DNA of 64,000 nt, from contig CP145414.1 in the NCBI GenBank assembly GCA_036867785.1, forward strand, positions 868,001-932,000, in the 5' to 3' direction. This DNA is from Plasmodiophora brassicae. Its lineage: Eukaryota. Every line of letters begins with the position of its first letter. The first letter of the stretch is position 1. This document shows positions 46,999 through 60,782 of this stretch, in pieces. Made by a program: the position numbers and the translations under genes. Under the pieces are notes generated by a model. The model had not been told where the DNA came from. It was given only the letters and a program-made list of their open reading frames with translations, and ran no database searches.

Positions 46999-49900
46999 CT
47001 ATTGCGTCAGGGACGCGCACAGGCGTTCGAGGATGGCGAGCTTGTTGGCGATGTCGACCTGGCAGAACGTTCAGGTACGGCTACAGTGGGTACGAACGGA
47101 GTCGAACCTTGTGGAGATGGAGGCGGTGAAGGCGGTCGCGGGCGGCGGACAGTGTTTCCTGAGTTGCCATGCTGCCGTCTGCGTTCATGTCGAGGTCGGT
47201 CACGGTTCGTGAGAGCTGGTGGGCCTCGGTGAGGATGCTCAGCAGGTCGCCATGTGCGTCGTCAACTTGTCCAAGCAAATGGCTGCTGTCCAACGTCGTC
47301 CTGTTCGACATGACGACATGGTCATCGCAACGTCATCGCCAAGCGGACAGGCACCTACTCGTTCCGTCTGGCAGCATCCGGGAGTTGAACGGGCAGGACG
47401 GAGGCCGGCAGGGATTTCATCGTTGCCGCGATGTGCTCCTGGATGGCAGCGTTGTTGACCACACTGCGATACTGCTCGAGCCTGTCCAGGAACCGCGCGT
47501 CCTGAGCGTACTGATCGGCCAGATCCCTAGCGCGTCGCAGGTCCACGTAGGCCGACATGGCATCCCGAGTCGACAGCGCTGGCAGTGGACTGCCATTCGT
47601 CAGCGCCTGCAGCGACAGCAATCGAACTGATGATGATTCGTGTCAATGCGGGCCCCAGCCAGGAACACCAATGAGGGTCGTCAGCCTACCTAATACGAGC
47701 AGCTCGCGCAGGAAGACGGGGCCGGTCTCCGTCCAGTCCTCCGAACGGATGTGCGCCAGGGTGTGCACGACCACCATGGCGAAATCGCCGACATCGCCGG
47801 CGACCTCGTCGCGGACGCTGAGCACCCTGTCGACCGGGTCGTACAGGAACAGGTTCGAGAACGGGTTGCTGGCCAGCGCGGGCGAAGGCCGCGGGAGCCT
47901 GGTCACCAATTGCAGGGACACGTGTGGCGTGGACACGCTCAGCAGCGACACCAACGCTGCTCCCGCTTTCGTCAGACCCGTGCGCTGGCGCGTCATCCGC
48001 CACACTGACCTTGTCCAAGACGGTGGCACAGGAACACGGGTGCCGACACCGTCGCCAGGTCGGCAACGACAATGTGGCCGATTGCCAGCGTGGAACTCGA
48101 ATTCAGCGGGTGTTCGAACGACCCGCGCCCTTCGACGAATCTGCAGAGCGCACCCTCGATCGACTCCAGCTTGCTCTTGATCGCACCCGTGTCCAGAACG
48201 GATCCCAGTTGCAACGCTTCCTCAGCGCCGGTCCCGATCGGATCCTCGGGCACCGGCATCAGCTTGAGCGCGCCCGCCTCGCGTTGTGCCCTGAGCTCCG
48301 CATTGACCTGGGCACGGATCGTCGCCAGGTTGCGCTCCCGGATGCCCTGCTGCTTGTCGAGCAACCGCTGCCAGGCCTGCTCACTGTTGCTCTCTCTGTC
48401 GAAATGTTCCCGTTCCTTCGTTACGTCCAGGTCAGCGCGCCAAACCCATTTGCGATCGGGACGAAGGCGTACCTGCGCCAACCCCTCCTCGATGACCTTC
48501 ATGGCGCTCTCCAGGCGTGCCGTCCTAACAGCGTCTTCCTGTCGCTCCCTGTGTTCCGTCGCGATCGAGTCGACCAGCCGCTTCAGGAGCGCGTTCACAT
48601 CGGCCGCGAACGTGGCGCGCTCCTCGTTCAGGTCGTTCGTTGGGATGCAGAACCGGCCACGTTCCTGTGTGACCTCGTCGACGTGCGCGTTGTGGACCGC
48701 TATGATACGTGTGGCGTTGTACGACAGGGCGGCAACGACCCGATCTGGATCGGCGTCGTCGCACAACGCAATGTCGCACAGGTCGGCGAACAGCAACCGA
48801 ACGGCGCCGATCGCTTCGTGCAGGTGCCGCCGACTGAGGACATCCGTGATGACCTGCTTGCTCACCTTGTCGACCTCCATCTCGTCTGCAAGCGCTGATC
48901 GGATCCCCCGATCGGGACAGCACCATGCGGCGCCCTGACGTACCGAGTTGCTGGCGTTCCAGTTTCCTCATCTGTTTCGACCGCAGGTCCATCAGTTCCC
49001 GATCCATGGCGCGCATCTCCCGGTTCAGCTCCCGCTCGTGGTCCCTGAATGGCGTTTGGCATACCCGCGACGCCCAGCAGCGCCCCCCTCCATACCTGGC
49101 GTCCACACTGGGGCCGGATTCTGCTTCAACCTGCTGGCGCAACCGAATCTCTCGTAGAACGCGGTTGTGCTCACGGCGCATCTCGACCTCCTCCTCAGAC
49201 ACCGGGTCCACCTCCACAGGGCCACCAGCATCTTCTGTAGCACACAGATCCGCTGATCGCATCGCTTGCTGGAGCTGTGCCATCTCTTCGGGGCCCTTGC
49301 CCGCCTATGGCACGCGTTCGGTTCGCACAGACCGAGGCGCAGCAATGAACATTACGTGTTCCAATTTGAGGATGGCGGCCAGGTCGGCTTCCCTTTGTGC
49401 CTCGTACCACTCCTCGATCTTGGCGTACGCGTTCGCACGTTCCTGCTGGGCGTTACTGTCGCGTTGCTGGGCAAGGCGCCGGTCCACGTTGCGATCCCGC
49501 AGGAGGACGGCGGCGAACAGCGCCGCGCGCAGACGATGTCGCATAACGTCGCGACGAAGACGCCGGGCGGCCTCGTTCCCGCGCTGGACGGCGTCGGACG
49601 ATGAGATTGCCTGCAAACGCACGTCCTCGATCTTCAGCAGGCGCCTGCGCCACTCGTCGTCGAGAGCGGCATCCATCTGCGCACGACCATCCCACTGCCT
49701 TCCTGCATGCTCCCGACTGGTAGCACTGCTGCTGTCAGCGTCCTCATCGGCCCGCCTCGCTTCTGGGGCAGCGTTCAGGACCTCGTTGTAGGCCAGCGCC
49801 CCGCGGGTAACCTACCGAGAGCCTGCTCGAGGTCCAGCAGAGCGTGCGGTCCACCGATCATCTGCTCGAGGGCGGCCGCCAGCCCTGAATGCAGGCCAGC

Positions 49901-52900
49901 GAACAGGCCCGTCTGCACAGTGCGAGCGGCGCGCCCGTCCCCGTCAGCAGTCGTCGCCCTGGCTCGCTGCTCAGCTTCCAACCTGAAGCGCGTTCGTCAG
50001 CGAGCGCTGCCGCCGCCCGTTCGCAATTGAACGCGTTCCAACTGACTTGCGGCGCTCCTGCCGTACGACCTCGCAGCCGGACTCGTTCGATCGTCGACAG
50101 GTCTGCCGGGCGGACGACAGCGCCGCGGATGCAGTTCGCAACTGGGCGAAGGTGCGCTGCAGGCCGGTGCGCAGTTCGCGGCACACGGACACCTGCTGCA
50201 CGCGGTGCCGACTGGTCAGTTGCGCCAGCGCCGACGCATTACGCGCCTGCATCAGTTCGAGGTGGCGCGCGGCGAACTGATCGCAGATGCCCGTCAGGCT
50301 GGCGCTGACGCGCTGGACCGCCGACGAGCAGGCCGCCAGCGCGTCGCGTAGCGCGTCTTCGGCGCGATCCTCGTCACCATCGTGTGCCGTGAAGACCTGC
50401 GCGGCCCGTTCGCCAATCGTTCTGCGCCGTGAGCGTTATTCGGGCAATCGTCATGCGATTGCCAGCGCCCCTACCCGATGTGCTCCACGATCGTTTGTCG
50501 TCGGTGCCGTTCCGTCGTCACTAGACTGTTCCAAGTGGAGATGCGTTCGCAAACGTCGCGAGCGGCGCGCTGAACACGGTTGACGTCCTGGGCGGCATCA
50601 GGTCCCCTGCACAGTGGTTATAAACCGGTAGGACGCTGCACCACTCGTTCACGTACGCGTCAACGATGGCGGATGCAGCGGTGTCCAACTGTTTCAGGCG
50701 ATCGTCGATATCGGCCTCCACGCGGACCTGGCGACGTTCATACGAGCGTCGCGCGGCAAGCTCGCCGGCCATCAATCTGGGCGCCCCAATCAGAATGTGA
50801 CAACACATTCCAACTGCCAAGCCAGATACCGCTCGGCGACGTCGAGGAACAGGGAGGACGTGGTTGGACCGCTGAGCTTAACGGCGAGCAGGGCTTTGAG
50901 CTGCTCCGACTCGGCTCCGATCTTGACGACCATCGCCTCGATGTCGCATTTCTGCTTCTCGAACATCTTGCGTTCGTCGTCACGATGCTCGGCCAGGGCT
51001 TGCTTCAGCGCGACAATATCGGAGGCCACGTGGGACGTGTCGCCCCCGACGAAGTCGTATCCCTTCAAGGACATCGTCTTGGCGCGGAACTTCGAGTACA
51101 CGTAGACGATGACGAGCGCCGATATAAACGCGCCGACCAGGTAGACGATGGTCATCAAATTCGGCGTCGTTAGCAGGTTGGTACTACGGATGACACCCAG
51201 TTGCACCTGTTCACATGTTCAACGAATGTTCGTTTCGGTCGGATGGCGGACTCGTGACCAGGTTTTGTGGAGTGGTCCCCATGATGGCGCCACCGGATGG
51301 GCAGCTAACCCCATCAGGGGCCACGACCGCTGTGGTCACCTTCGACCTGTCAGCGTTATCGTAGAAGACGTACGTTCCCGCCGTCGTGAACGTGAAGGCA
51401 AACACCCTGCGGGGGTAGGTTTAGATATCGTCAGGACGGGCCTCATCGCAGGTCGCCGTACTGGATGGAGCCCGGATCGGCATTCGCCTGGGAGGCCAGC
51501 AGACGGAACGACGACCAGTCGAAATTCGGGTTCGTGTTCAGCAGGTTGTCCTTGTCGTAGACCGGGTAGTGTGTGGGCCCAGCGGACAGATCGAACACAA
51601 GCGAATCGTACTGACTCAGGCAGACCGTCGGCGACGTGTACCTGACGCATCAGGAGTCAGTTGAAGAGAGCAGGCTGGAGCGCGACGTTTGCCCACCCTG
51701 GCAATGCGCTTGCCGCAGGCGACGTCGTCGATGACGCCTCGAGTGCTTCCCACCGATTCCTGTCGCTGTCAAACGACAGAAGCATGCGCATAGGCGCCTT
51801 TGTCGTCGAACGTGCTGCCGGTAACGTCGACGTTGTCTGGAGGACCTATACAGGTGCCGTTGTCGAGCGTCAATAGCGGACTGAACGCTGGGACTATCAG
51901 TGGGCGCCTATACAGGTGGGATCCCGTAGACGGCCTTCTGCCCATCGCCACCGGCCACGAACATGACCGTGTTGCAATTCGTTCCCGATGGGCACTGAAC
52001 GTTGCCCGAGTACCCTGGCAGGCTCGATAGCGGCGTAACCGTGGTCGCTCCAGTCCTGTACAGTCATGAGCAGGCAGAGTGCCAGCACACGTCGAGCGAG
52101 GTCGACTTACGCTGGGTTTGTGATGCAGATCGACGTGCCGTTACAGATCTGCGTTGATGGTGCCGTCGCCCTGCAGGCCTCATCGCAAGCCACCCTGTTA
52201 GCATGGTCGCAGTTGCAGATCGAATAGGTCGGGTCGAACGTCCCAGGGCCATTGCACGTCGAGTTGCAATCCGTCGACGTGCACTGGCCGGAATTCGACA
52301 GCACTGTCCCCGAGGGGCACGACGACGGGTACACGATCGGGTAACAATCGCTGATGCCATCGATTGCCCCGTCTACGAGAACGGAGCCCCATGAGCGCGT
52401 CTCCGCGTACGCGCCGGCCCGCCTAACACACCTAACGATGTGTACCCAGGTACACATTGGCACGTTGCATCCGCCGCCTGGTACGCCCTGTGCTTGCCAG
52501 CGCATTGGCAACCAGTTGCCCCTGTTGGAAACGTGTCACGTGTGCCGATGGACCCGTTGTCGTCTGCAACCAACCCGACGTTGACGTCGACAACGCCGAC
52601 GACCCGCATTGGCGACATCCCACCTGACCCGGTAGTGCAGAATAGGTTCCCTGGGCACACGGCTGACAGGCCGACCTGTCGGCGCCCGCTGTCCAATAGT
52701 GAGGTACGCCGGTTTCTGGGGCGCCGTTTGCCGGTCAGACCTGGGGCAGGGCTGAATGAACCGGCTGGGCATGGCGTTGCTGTGGAGTTGACACAGTACG
52801 ACCCGGCCGGGCACGGGTACCCGTTGTCCTCTGCGACGGTCTGGGGCGTTGCCGATGTGCACCCTTGCAGGCAAATGTACCCGGGTGTGCACGTCCTGCA

Positions 52901-55900
52901 TTGCAGGCGCTGCGGGTCGGCGCCGAACGTCCCGATCGGGCACGTTACGCACGCCTGGCCGACAGACGATCGGGGACCGGCCGTCGACGGGTTCGATGCC
53001 ATCCCCAGCGGGCACAGTGCCTGACCTTGCGTGTTACTATGGTCTAGGTATACAGGCGACGAGACAGGCGGATACGGTCTGACCGGAGCGGAACTGTTTG
53101 AGGGACAGAACGTGCCCGGACCGCATTGCGACTCATACGATGAATTGGCTGGGCAATAGAACCTGCGGGCGCCAAGCAACCCGTCATCTCAGCTCATACA
53201 GGTAGGGAAGGGGCGTTTCTACCCTGGAGAACAAGGCGTTGGCGAGATCGCCAGCGGGGGGCTATACCATCCGGGCATGGTGGCAAACGGGGCTGCTGCT
53301 CCTGAAGGGCAATAGTTGCCAACGGGACCTGTTAGGAACCGTGTGAGACAGCGGGCGTACGGCTCAACGGGAGATGTCCTACAGGGCGTAGGCTGGCTGC
53401 ACCCAGTTGAGCAATAGTACCCGCCTGCAAGGGTTCAGTTGCAAAGGCCGGGAACGCGTCTGACCGATTGGCACCTGGGCATTGAGAGCAGGTCTGCTGG
53501 GAGACGCCTCCTGTGAGCGGTCGATACGTCCCGGCAAGGCACGGGTGTCCGGACGATGACCCCTGTGGACCTGTAGAGCCGATAAGGGTCGGTCGGCAAT
53601 TGCTTTGTTACGCTTACAGAAGTATCCAGCGGGGCAATCGTAAACGGTGCTGTTTGGCTGGGATACACCATCGGTCCAGCATAGACGAGACGCCGGGCAT
53701 GGCTTGCATGACAGCAACGTTGACGTTCCCGTAACGTCGTTGTATGTGCCAGGCGGGCAGGGTATCTGCCTGATGCCATGCGGGCAATAGTATCCTGATC
53801 AGCAACGGCAATCAGTCCCGGGTGACACATTGTCGGCTCGTTAATGGCCCACACCTGCAGGGCATGACGATGGGGTACCCGAGCAGGACATACCGGCCGG
53901 GCACGGCTGACAGTCCGCTTGCGATTGCCCGCCGCCTTGGAAATTGGCAGTGTTGTTCGCGCAAGGTACCGCGGTCGGCGTCCCCGCTGAGCAATAATGA
54001 TGCAACGGACAGAGACCACCGCTTACGACACATCATCGGTCAGGTTTCCCATCACGTAACGGCAGGTATTGGCTTACGGTGGCGTTGGCGACCCAGCACC
54101 GATCGTGCACAGCCATCCAGCGGCGCAATCCCCAGCGATCACGCCCGCTTGACAGTACTTGCCTGGGCGCCGGACATTATTAGCGCAGGCCCCATATATC
54201 CGGGCGAGGCCCTACCCGCAACGCAGGGATTGCACTGCGACTGGCTCGACAGGGACCCGATGGTACTGTACGTGCCGTTGGAGCATGGCAATGGATGCCC
54301 GGCGGCGCAATCACCCGCCGCTTGGCACGTCGCATCACCGCCCGCTGGGCAATAACCGCCAGCGGGACATGGGATTGGCGTCGTGGTGTCCGCGCTCGGG
54401 CAGTACGACCCAGCTGGGCACGGTTTGCAGGACCGCTGTCCGACATTGTCCTGTAGAATACTAAGACTGGGGGTGTGTTAAAACCATCTAACGCTGATTC
54501 TACCTGGTAGAAGCTGACCGGACAGGGGACCGGCGCTGGGGATGCCGGCGGGCAGTACCTCCCTGCTGGGCAGATGACGGCCTGAGGGGTGCTGGAGCCA
54601 GCCGGGCAGTAATACGACGCCGAGCAGTTCCCGCTGGGGGTCGACATGCCCACTTTGTCGCAGTACGTGCCTGCCAGGCACGGCAGGCATGCTGATCTGG
54701 TGGCCGACCCGTTCGATGGGTTATAGGTTCCAACGTCGCACAGGACCGGCGACGGGGTCCCGGAAGGGCACCTGATCTGCGTTAGCAGGCCTCCGCAGCC
54801 GTCCATCACTGGGCAGAGACGAACCAGGATCCAGCTGGGCACGGGGCGGCGTTGAACGCAGCCGATCCCTGATGGCACCAAGATCCAGCCGAGCAGTTCC
54901 CCGTTGGCGACGTCAGGTTCACAGCGGCACAGTACTGCCCAGCGGGGCACAGCGGGCAATCGGAGGCCTGTGTCAGGTTGACGCGCTGCGAGAACCGCCC
55001 AGCGGGGCACCCGATTGGTACTGGCGACCGCGCTGGACAGTAGTACCCCATCGGGCACGCCAGGAACGACGTCATCCCGACGCTTGGGCAGTACGTGCCT
55101 GCACGTTTAACGAAATGAGGCCGCCGGTACGCGTTCGTGACACACGCCCATCGGCTACCTGCTGGACACGTTTGGCATGCGGCCTGGCCGACAGATGGGT
55201 TGTAGGTGCCGGGGTCGCATTGGAGTTCGGCAATGGCTCCCTGTGGGCAATAGGTGCCCACCGGGCAGATGTGGCCGCCTCCGGTCGCTGGGGACGGCTG
55301 AGGCGTGAAGCTTCCTCCGGTGCAGAGGTACCCAGCGTCACACGGGTTGTTCCCTGTCATGGCCACCGCTCCCGACACGGGGCAGTACCGCCCTCCCGGG
55401 CATGGCACACACGCCGACGCGTTCGTGTTCCCCGTCCCCACCGTGAACGTTCCCGGAGCGCACGACGCTGGCTGCGAACTCGCATACGGGCAGTACTGTG
55501 CGAAACGAGTAAACGCCAGCTGGACATATTGGGCACCCGCTGGCGGTACCTTTCCAGCTGGGCATAACCCTGACAGCGGCGTTGGGCTTGTCGAACCCCC
55601 ACTGCAGTAGTACCTAAAGCGCATTGGGTCAGGTTCCCGGGGGCAGAGGCCGGCCATCGTGAGCAGCACCCACCCGGGCCAGCAGGACGCTGTTGGCTGG
55701 GTCTGTCCGACGCCCAGGCAGTACTGAGAAGGCGGGCATGGCGTGCACTCGGCAGCGGTCACGAGTCCTGCGACACCACAGCAAATCACGATGCGCCGCG
55801 AGCCCACCAACGCCGGCGGAATCGCAAACCGGTCAGGTTGCTGAAGGTTCCCGATGGGCACGGGAACTGGTTCGCGAACGTCGTGTTGCTGGGGCAGTAG

Positions 55901-57292
55901 GCGCCCGGGGGGCACAACGCGAACCCAGTGTTGCCCGACCCGGCGCAGAAGTACCCCTGCGGGCACGTCTTGCACAACGCCTGCCCGTACAGGTCCTGGT
56001 ACGTCCCCGCTGGACAGGGCATTGCTGTGGCCGCCTGCTGCGGGCACTGCGACCCAGGCGGGCACAGCAACGTCGGCGCGATGGTCCCCGATGGGCAGTA
56101 GTACCCTGGGGGGAGCAGTCAGCAAGCATAGAGCCGTCGGGCCGTTGTCGTCGGTACCTGATGTGCATGGCGCCGTGGGACCCGACAGGCCAGTGGAGGC
56201 GCAGTAGAAGCCAGGCGTGCACAGCAGGCAGCTGGACGGCGACGGGTTACCCGGGCTAGGAGCGAAGCGCCCGACAGGGCATGGCGTCGGGGACACGTCG
56301 CCCGAAGCGGACCAGAACCCGGCTGGGACCCGGATGCCGGTGACGCCATCGGTCGGGGCGGAACGCGTCGCCGACCCGTAGCAGATGTACCCGGCGTCGC
56401 AGAACCCGCTGGTGTTCGTCAGCTGCGACGTGGCACAGTAGGACCCCGCTGGGCATGGCAGGGCGCGTGTGGAACCCGATGGACAGAACGCGCCGGGTGC
56501 GCACGCTTGACCGGTGACGTTGTCGGCGGGCGTGGCGGCCGAGGCTCCACCGAAGCAGGCGAACCCGGGGGCACAGGGCGCTGTCGGCGCCGTATTGGCG
56601 GTACCCGCACAGTACTTGCCTGCACCCGTTGTGAGCGAGACGGACGTGGTGGCATACGAAGCCCTGTACCTGGAGGGCAGGGTAGGCACTGTGACGCGGA
56701 AGTCAGCTGTGTGGATGGGGAGTACCGCCCGGCAGGGCACGGGTTCTCTGTCGATATCGTCGACCCGGGGCAGAAATGCCCAGGGAGGCACGGCAGGTAG
56801 CTGGCCAGACCTGACGTCGGGCAGCGAAACCCTGGCGACGCGCGTTCAGCCGATGCCCGATCCCGATCAGGGTGCGTAGTACGTACCTTGCAGGCACGGC
56901 GAGCAGGATGACGATCCTGTGGTGTTCTGGTAGGTTCCCGGCGAACATGGCACGGGGGCAGGTGCCGCACCCGGGCAGTAATTGCCGGATGGGCACGTGA
57001 CGGCCGTGGCCGACGTGGACCCGCTCGGGCAGTAGTACCCGGGCGCGCATGGGCCCGACGGCGCCGACAGGCCCGATGCGTTGCAGTAGAACCCTGGCGT
57101 GCACGCTAGGCAGTCGCCGTACCCGACGCTGCCTGGTGTGGGCACGAACCTGCCCACCGGGCACGGCAGCGGTCGGCTGGACCCAGTCGGGCAGACGGAT
57201 CCAGGCGGGCAGGTCGGCCCCAGCAGGCATGACGGGGCGGCCCAGCCTCGCCCGAGCACCAGCAGCGTTAGCAGACGCTGCAGCAGCGCCAT
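46999..57292 (-). CDS. Giant Cys-rich (GCC2/GCC3, ephrin-receptor-like repeats) single-pass membrane protein with cytoplasmic coiled coil, many exons
   Basis: Signal peptide MALLQRLLTLLVLGRGWA; many CP.G.YCP.GS..P..CP.GTY units; YPVYDKDNLLNTNPNFD; FAFTFTTAGTYVFYD; TM IVYLVGAFISALVIVYVY; coiled-coil exons; NPFSNLFLYD...VVVHTLAHI; ends ILERLCASLTQ*. That this is one continuous gene is inferred. Confidence 0.75.
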
Positions 57293-57521
57293 CCCTCAGG
57301 AAGGCCAGCGCTGGGCGACCACAGGGCAGCTCAAGTTGGGTGGCCGCACCAGCACCAGCACGCCCCGGTCGTCACACCCCAGATTCCGAGATGGACCGCT
57401 GGTCTGTGGACCTGCTACAAACACGGCACGGGGGGACAAGACGGCACGCGCGCGCCCTGCACCTCTGTCATGCCCGCATGGCAGCGAGCGTGTGGCGCGT
57501 GCCCGATGCAAACTCATTTCG

Positions 57522-58818
57522 ATGAAGCCAGCCATGGTTGCTGTCATCGTCGTTGCCGCGCTGCTGGCTGGCGCGCACGCTGAGATCAAGGAGCTGTCGT
57601 GCATGAGTAGGCGCGCGTCGTGCTTGTATTTGGGTCGGCGGGGTCGGCGCGCTGACGACCGCTGTGGCAGAGACCGGCAATCGCGACGTGTCGCAGTGCC
57701 TGTTCGATGGCGACAACTGTAACTTCGTGACCGATTTCGCCAACTTCGCCAACGAGTGGGTCTCGCACCGGGACTGGGAGGCGAACCCAGTGCCGGGACC
57801 CAACGCCGTCTTCGTCGTTGAGTCGGATGTCGCGCCGGCCCTGGACCCGTCCGGCGCGCTGTACATGCAGGTGCTTCAGGACCGGGCTGGCGTCCAGGGC
57901 AACGGCACGATCCTGTCGACGACGAGGTCCCTGAAGTACGGGGTCGTCGAGGCGACGTTCAAGCAGTCGGGCGTCCCTGGCGTCGTCAGCAGCTTCATCC
58001 TGGCGTCCAACGACCTGGACGAGATCGACCTGGAGATCACCGGCGCTGATCTGTACAACGTCAACTCGAACTGGTACTACCGGGGCAAGGAGCTCCTGAA
58101 CGCCCAGGGCCAGAACGTCAACGGGTACAGCTACTGGACCAACGACAACAACGCCGACGTCTACCACACGTACCGCATCGACTGGAACGCCGAACGCATC
58201 CAGTGGGGTGCGTCCCATGTGCGGCCGTCCCTGTTCGCCAGGTGCTGACACTGTGGTTTAGCGATTAACGGCGTCGTCTTCAAAACCGCGTTGGCCAACG
58301 AGACCACCGGCTACGGGTTCCCCAGTTCACCCGCGCGTATCTCGTTCGGCGTCTGGCAGACGCCCTTCACGTCGTACGTCCTCGCGTTGCACATTCTCGC
58401 CGATGCATGTGCTGACCGGGTTCGCGGGTAACAGGACATGGGCTGGCAAGGGCGACCCCACCACGGTACTAGGGGGTTCCCGAATCTGCCCAACGGCCGT
58501 AGGCACTGATGATCTGTAACCGACAGGTCCCCAACCCGCTCCCCCACGTCTACTTCAAGTCGATCAAGGTCTCCTGGTAGGCGTCGTCCCAGTCGCCCCA
58601 TCCACCGACGACTCTGATCCAACCACAGTGCTGCCGCTAATGGCCCAGCTGCCACTCCCGCGCCAGTCCAACCTCGAGCCGCTCCGACGCCAGGCGGCGC
58701 GCCGGGTTCGTCATCCGGGTCTTCGCCCTCTAGCCCAGCATCGTCGGCCGCGTGGTCGCCGGGCGCTAACGCCATCGGCACCATCGCCGTCGTCGTGGCC
58801 GCCTGGCTGGCGTTCTAG
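57522..58818 (+). CDS. GH16 Crh-like glycosidase/transglycosylase, secreted and probably GPI-anchored, multi-exon
   Basis: Signal peptide; LKYGVVEA, GVVSSFIL..DLDEIDLE (ExDxE), YHTYRIDWNAERIQW, FPSSPARISFGVW; Ser/Pro stalk and hydrophobic tail AIGTIAVVVAAWLAF*. Confidence 0.9.
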
Positions 58819-58866
58819 TGCCATTGTCAATACAACACGCCGACCTCACGAAGCCATCGCTGTATC

Positions 58867-59352
58867 TCAAGATTCCACTGACGAAGGGCTCGGCGCGCGG
58901 TCGTGTCCAGGGGCCTTCACTTTGCCTTCCTCGTCGTCGCTGTCCAACTCGAACGGGACAACGGGCATGACGCGCCGACTGCGCCCACCCAGGCTCATCG
59001 TGATCGGCGCCGGGTCGTCGCCCTCGTTGGTGCTGCACAACGTGCCACCGAACGAAACCCGGCGACGCGTTCGCGTTGTCTTTGGCGTCGGTGGCTCACC
59101 GGCAGGGCGTTCTGGCGAGAACTCCAAGCGACGACGAGCCGTGCTCGACCGCAACGAGCGCGCGGGCGTCGGCCGCGGTTTGCTGGGCACTGTCGGGGGC
59201 ACGACCCGCCTAGGACGCGCTGACGGCGTTCGCGTCGATGGCGTCCGTCGAGGTGTTCGCGAATGCTGTCGGCCCCGTTTACAGGGCGGGTTCCCGCTGG
59301 ACTGACAGGTTGACGGCGAGGACGACGTCCGACGTCGCAGTCGTCGCACCAT
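58867..59352 (-). CDS. Small basic disordered protein with RVxF and RxL motifs
   Basis: 161-aa ORF from ATG 59352, rich in TP/SP; RRRLEF and RRRVSFGG; acidic tail. Confidence 0.6.
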   Translation of the reverse strand: MVRRLRRRTSSSPSTCQSSGNPPCKRGRQHSRTPRRTPSTRTPSARPRRVVPPTVPSKPRPTPARSLRSSTARRRLEFSPERPAGEPPTPKTTRTRRRVSFGGTLCSTNEGDDPAPITMSLGGRSRRVMPVVPFELDSDDEEGKVKAPGHDRAPSPSSVES

Positions 59353-59590
59353 CGTGTGTCGATCGAGGCAACTGATGTGTGTGGTACAGGTACTGGGCAA
59401 CGGCCAGTCAAAACGCGAGGAGGCAGTGTTCCAGATTCGCGAGGAATCTCTGGAGGGTCGTGCCGGCGCCAGATTGCATCGCGAGATCGAATCGCGCGCC
59501 CGAATTCAAAACGACTGAGAGGGTGTGCACGCGGCCTCTCTACGTCGAACGGTCAGTAAGGACGGCCTCAGGGCCAGGGTCCCTCAGTCA

Positions 59591-60636
<1,046 letters not shown>

Positions 60637-60782
60637 CCGGCGTCGGCTGCTTTCGCGACGACCGTGACGCCCCGCACGGACTCCGCAAAGTCCGAAGCCG
60701 GCACCTGTATGATTCGATTCCCCGGGCGTGCCGGTCATGGGAGCGCCATCCGTCACAGCGGCGGCAGTGGCGTCGCCTGGCC

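Noticed and set aside
47500..57300. Many long plus-strand and alternate-frame ORFs
   Set aside because: These are shadow ORFs of the GC-rich minus-strand Cys-repeat gene.
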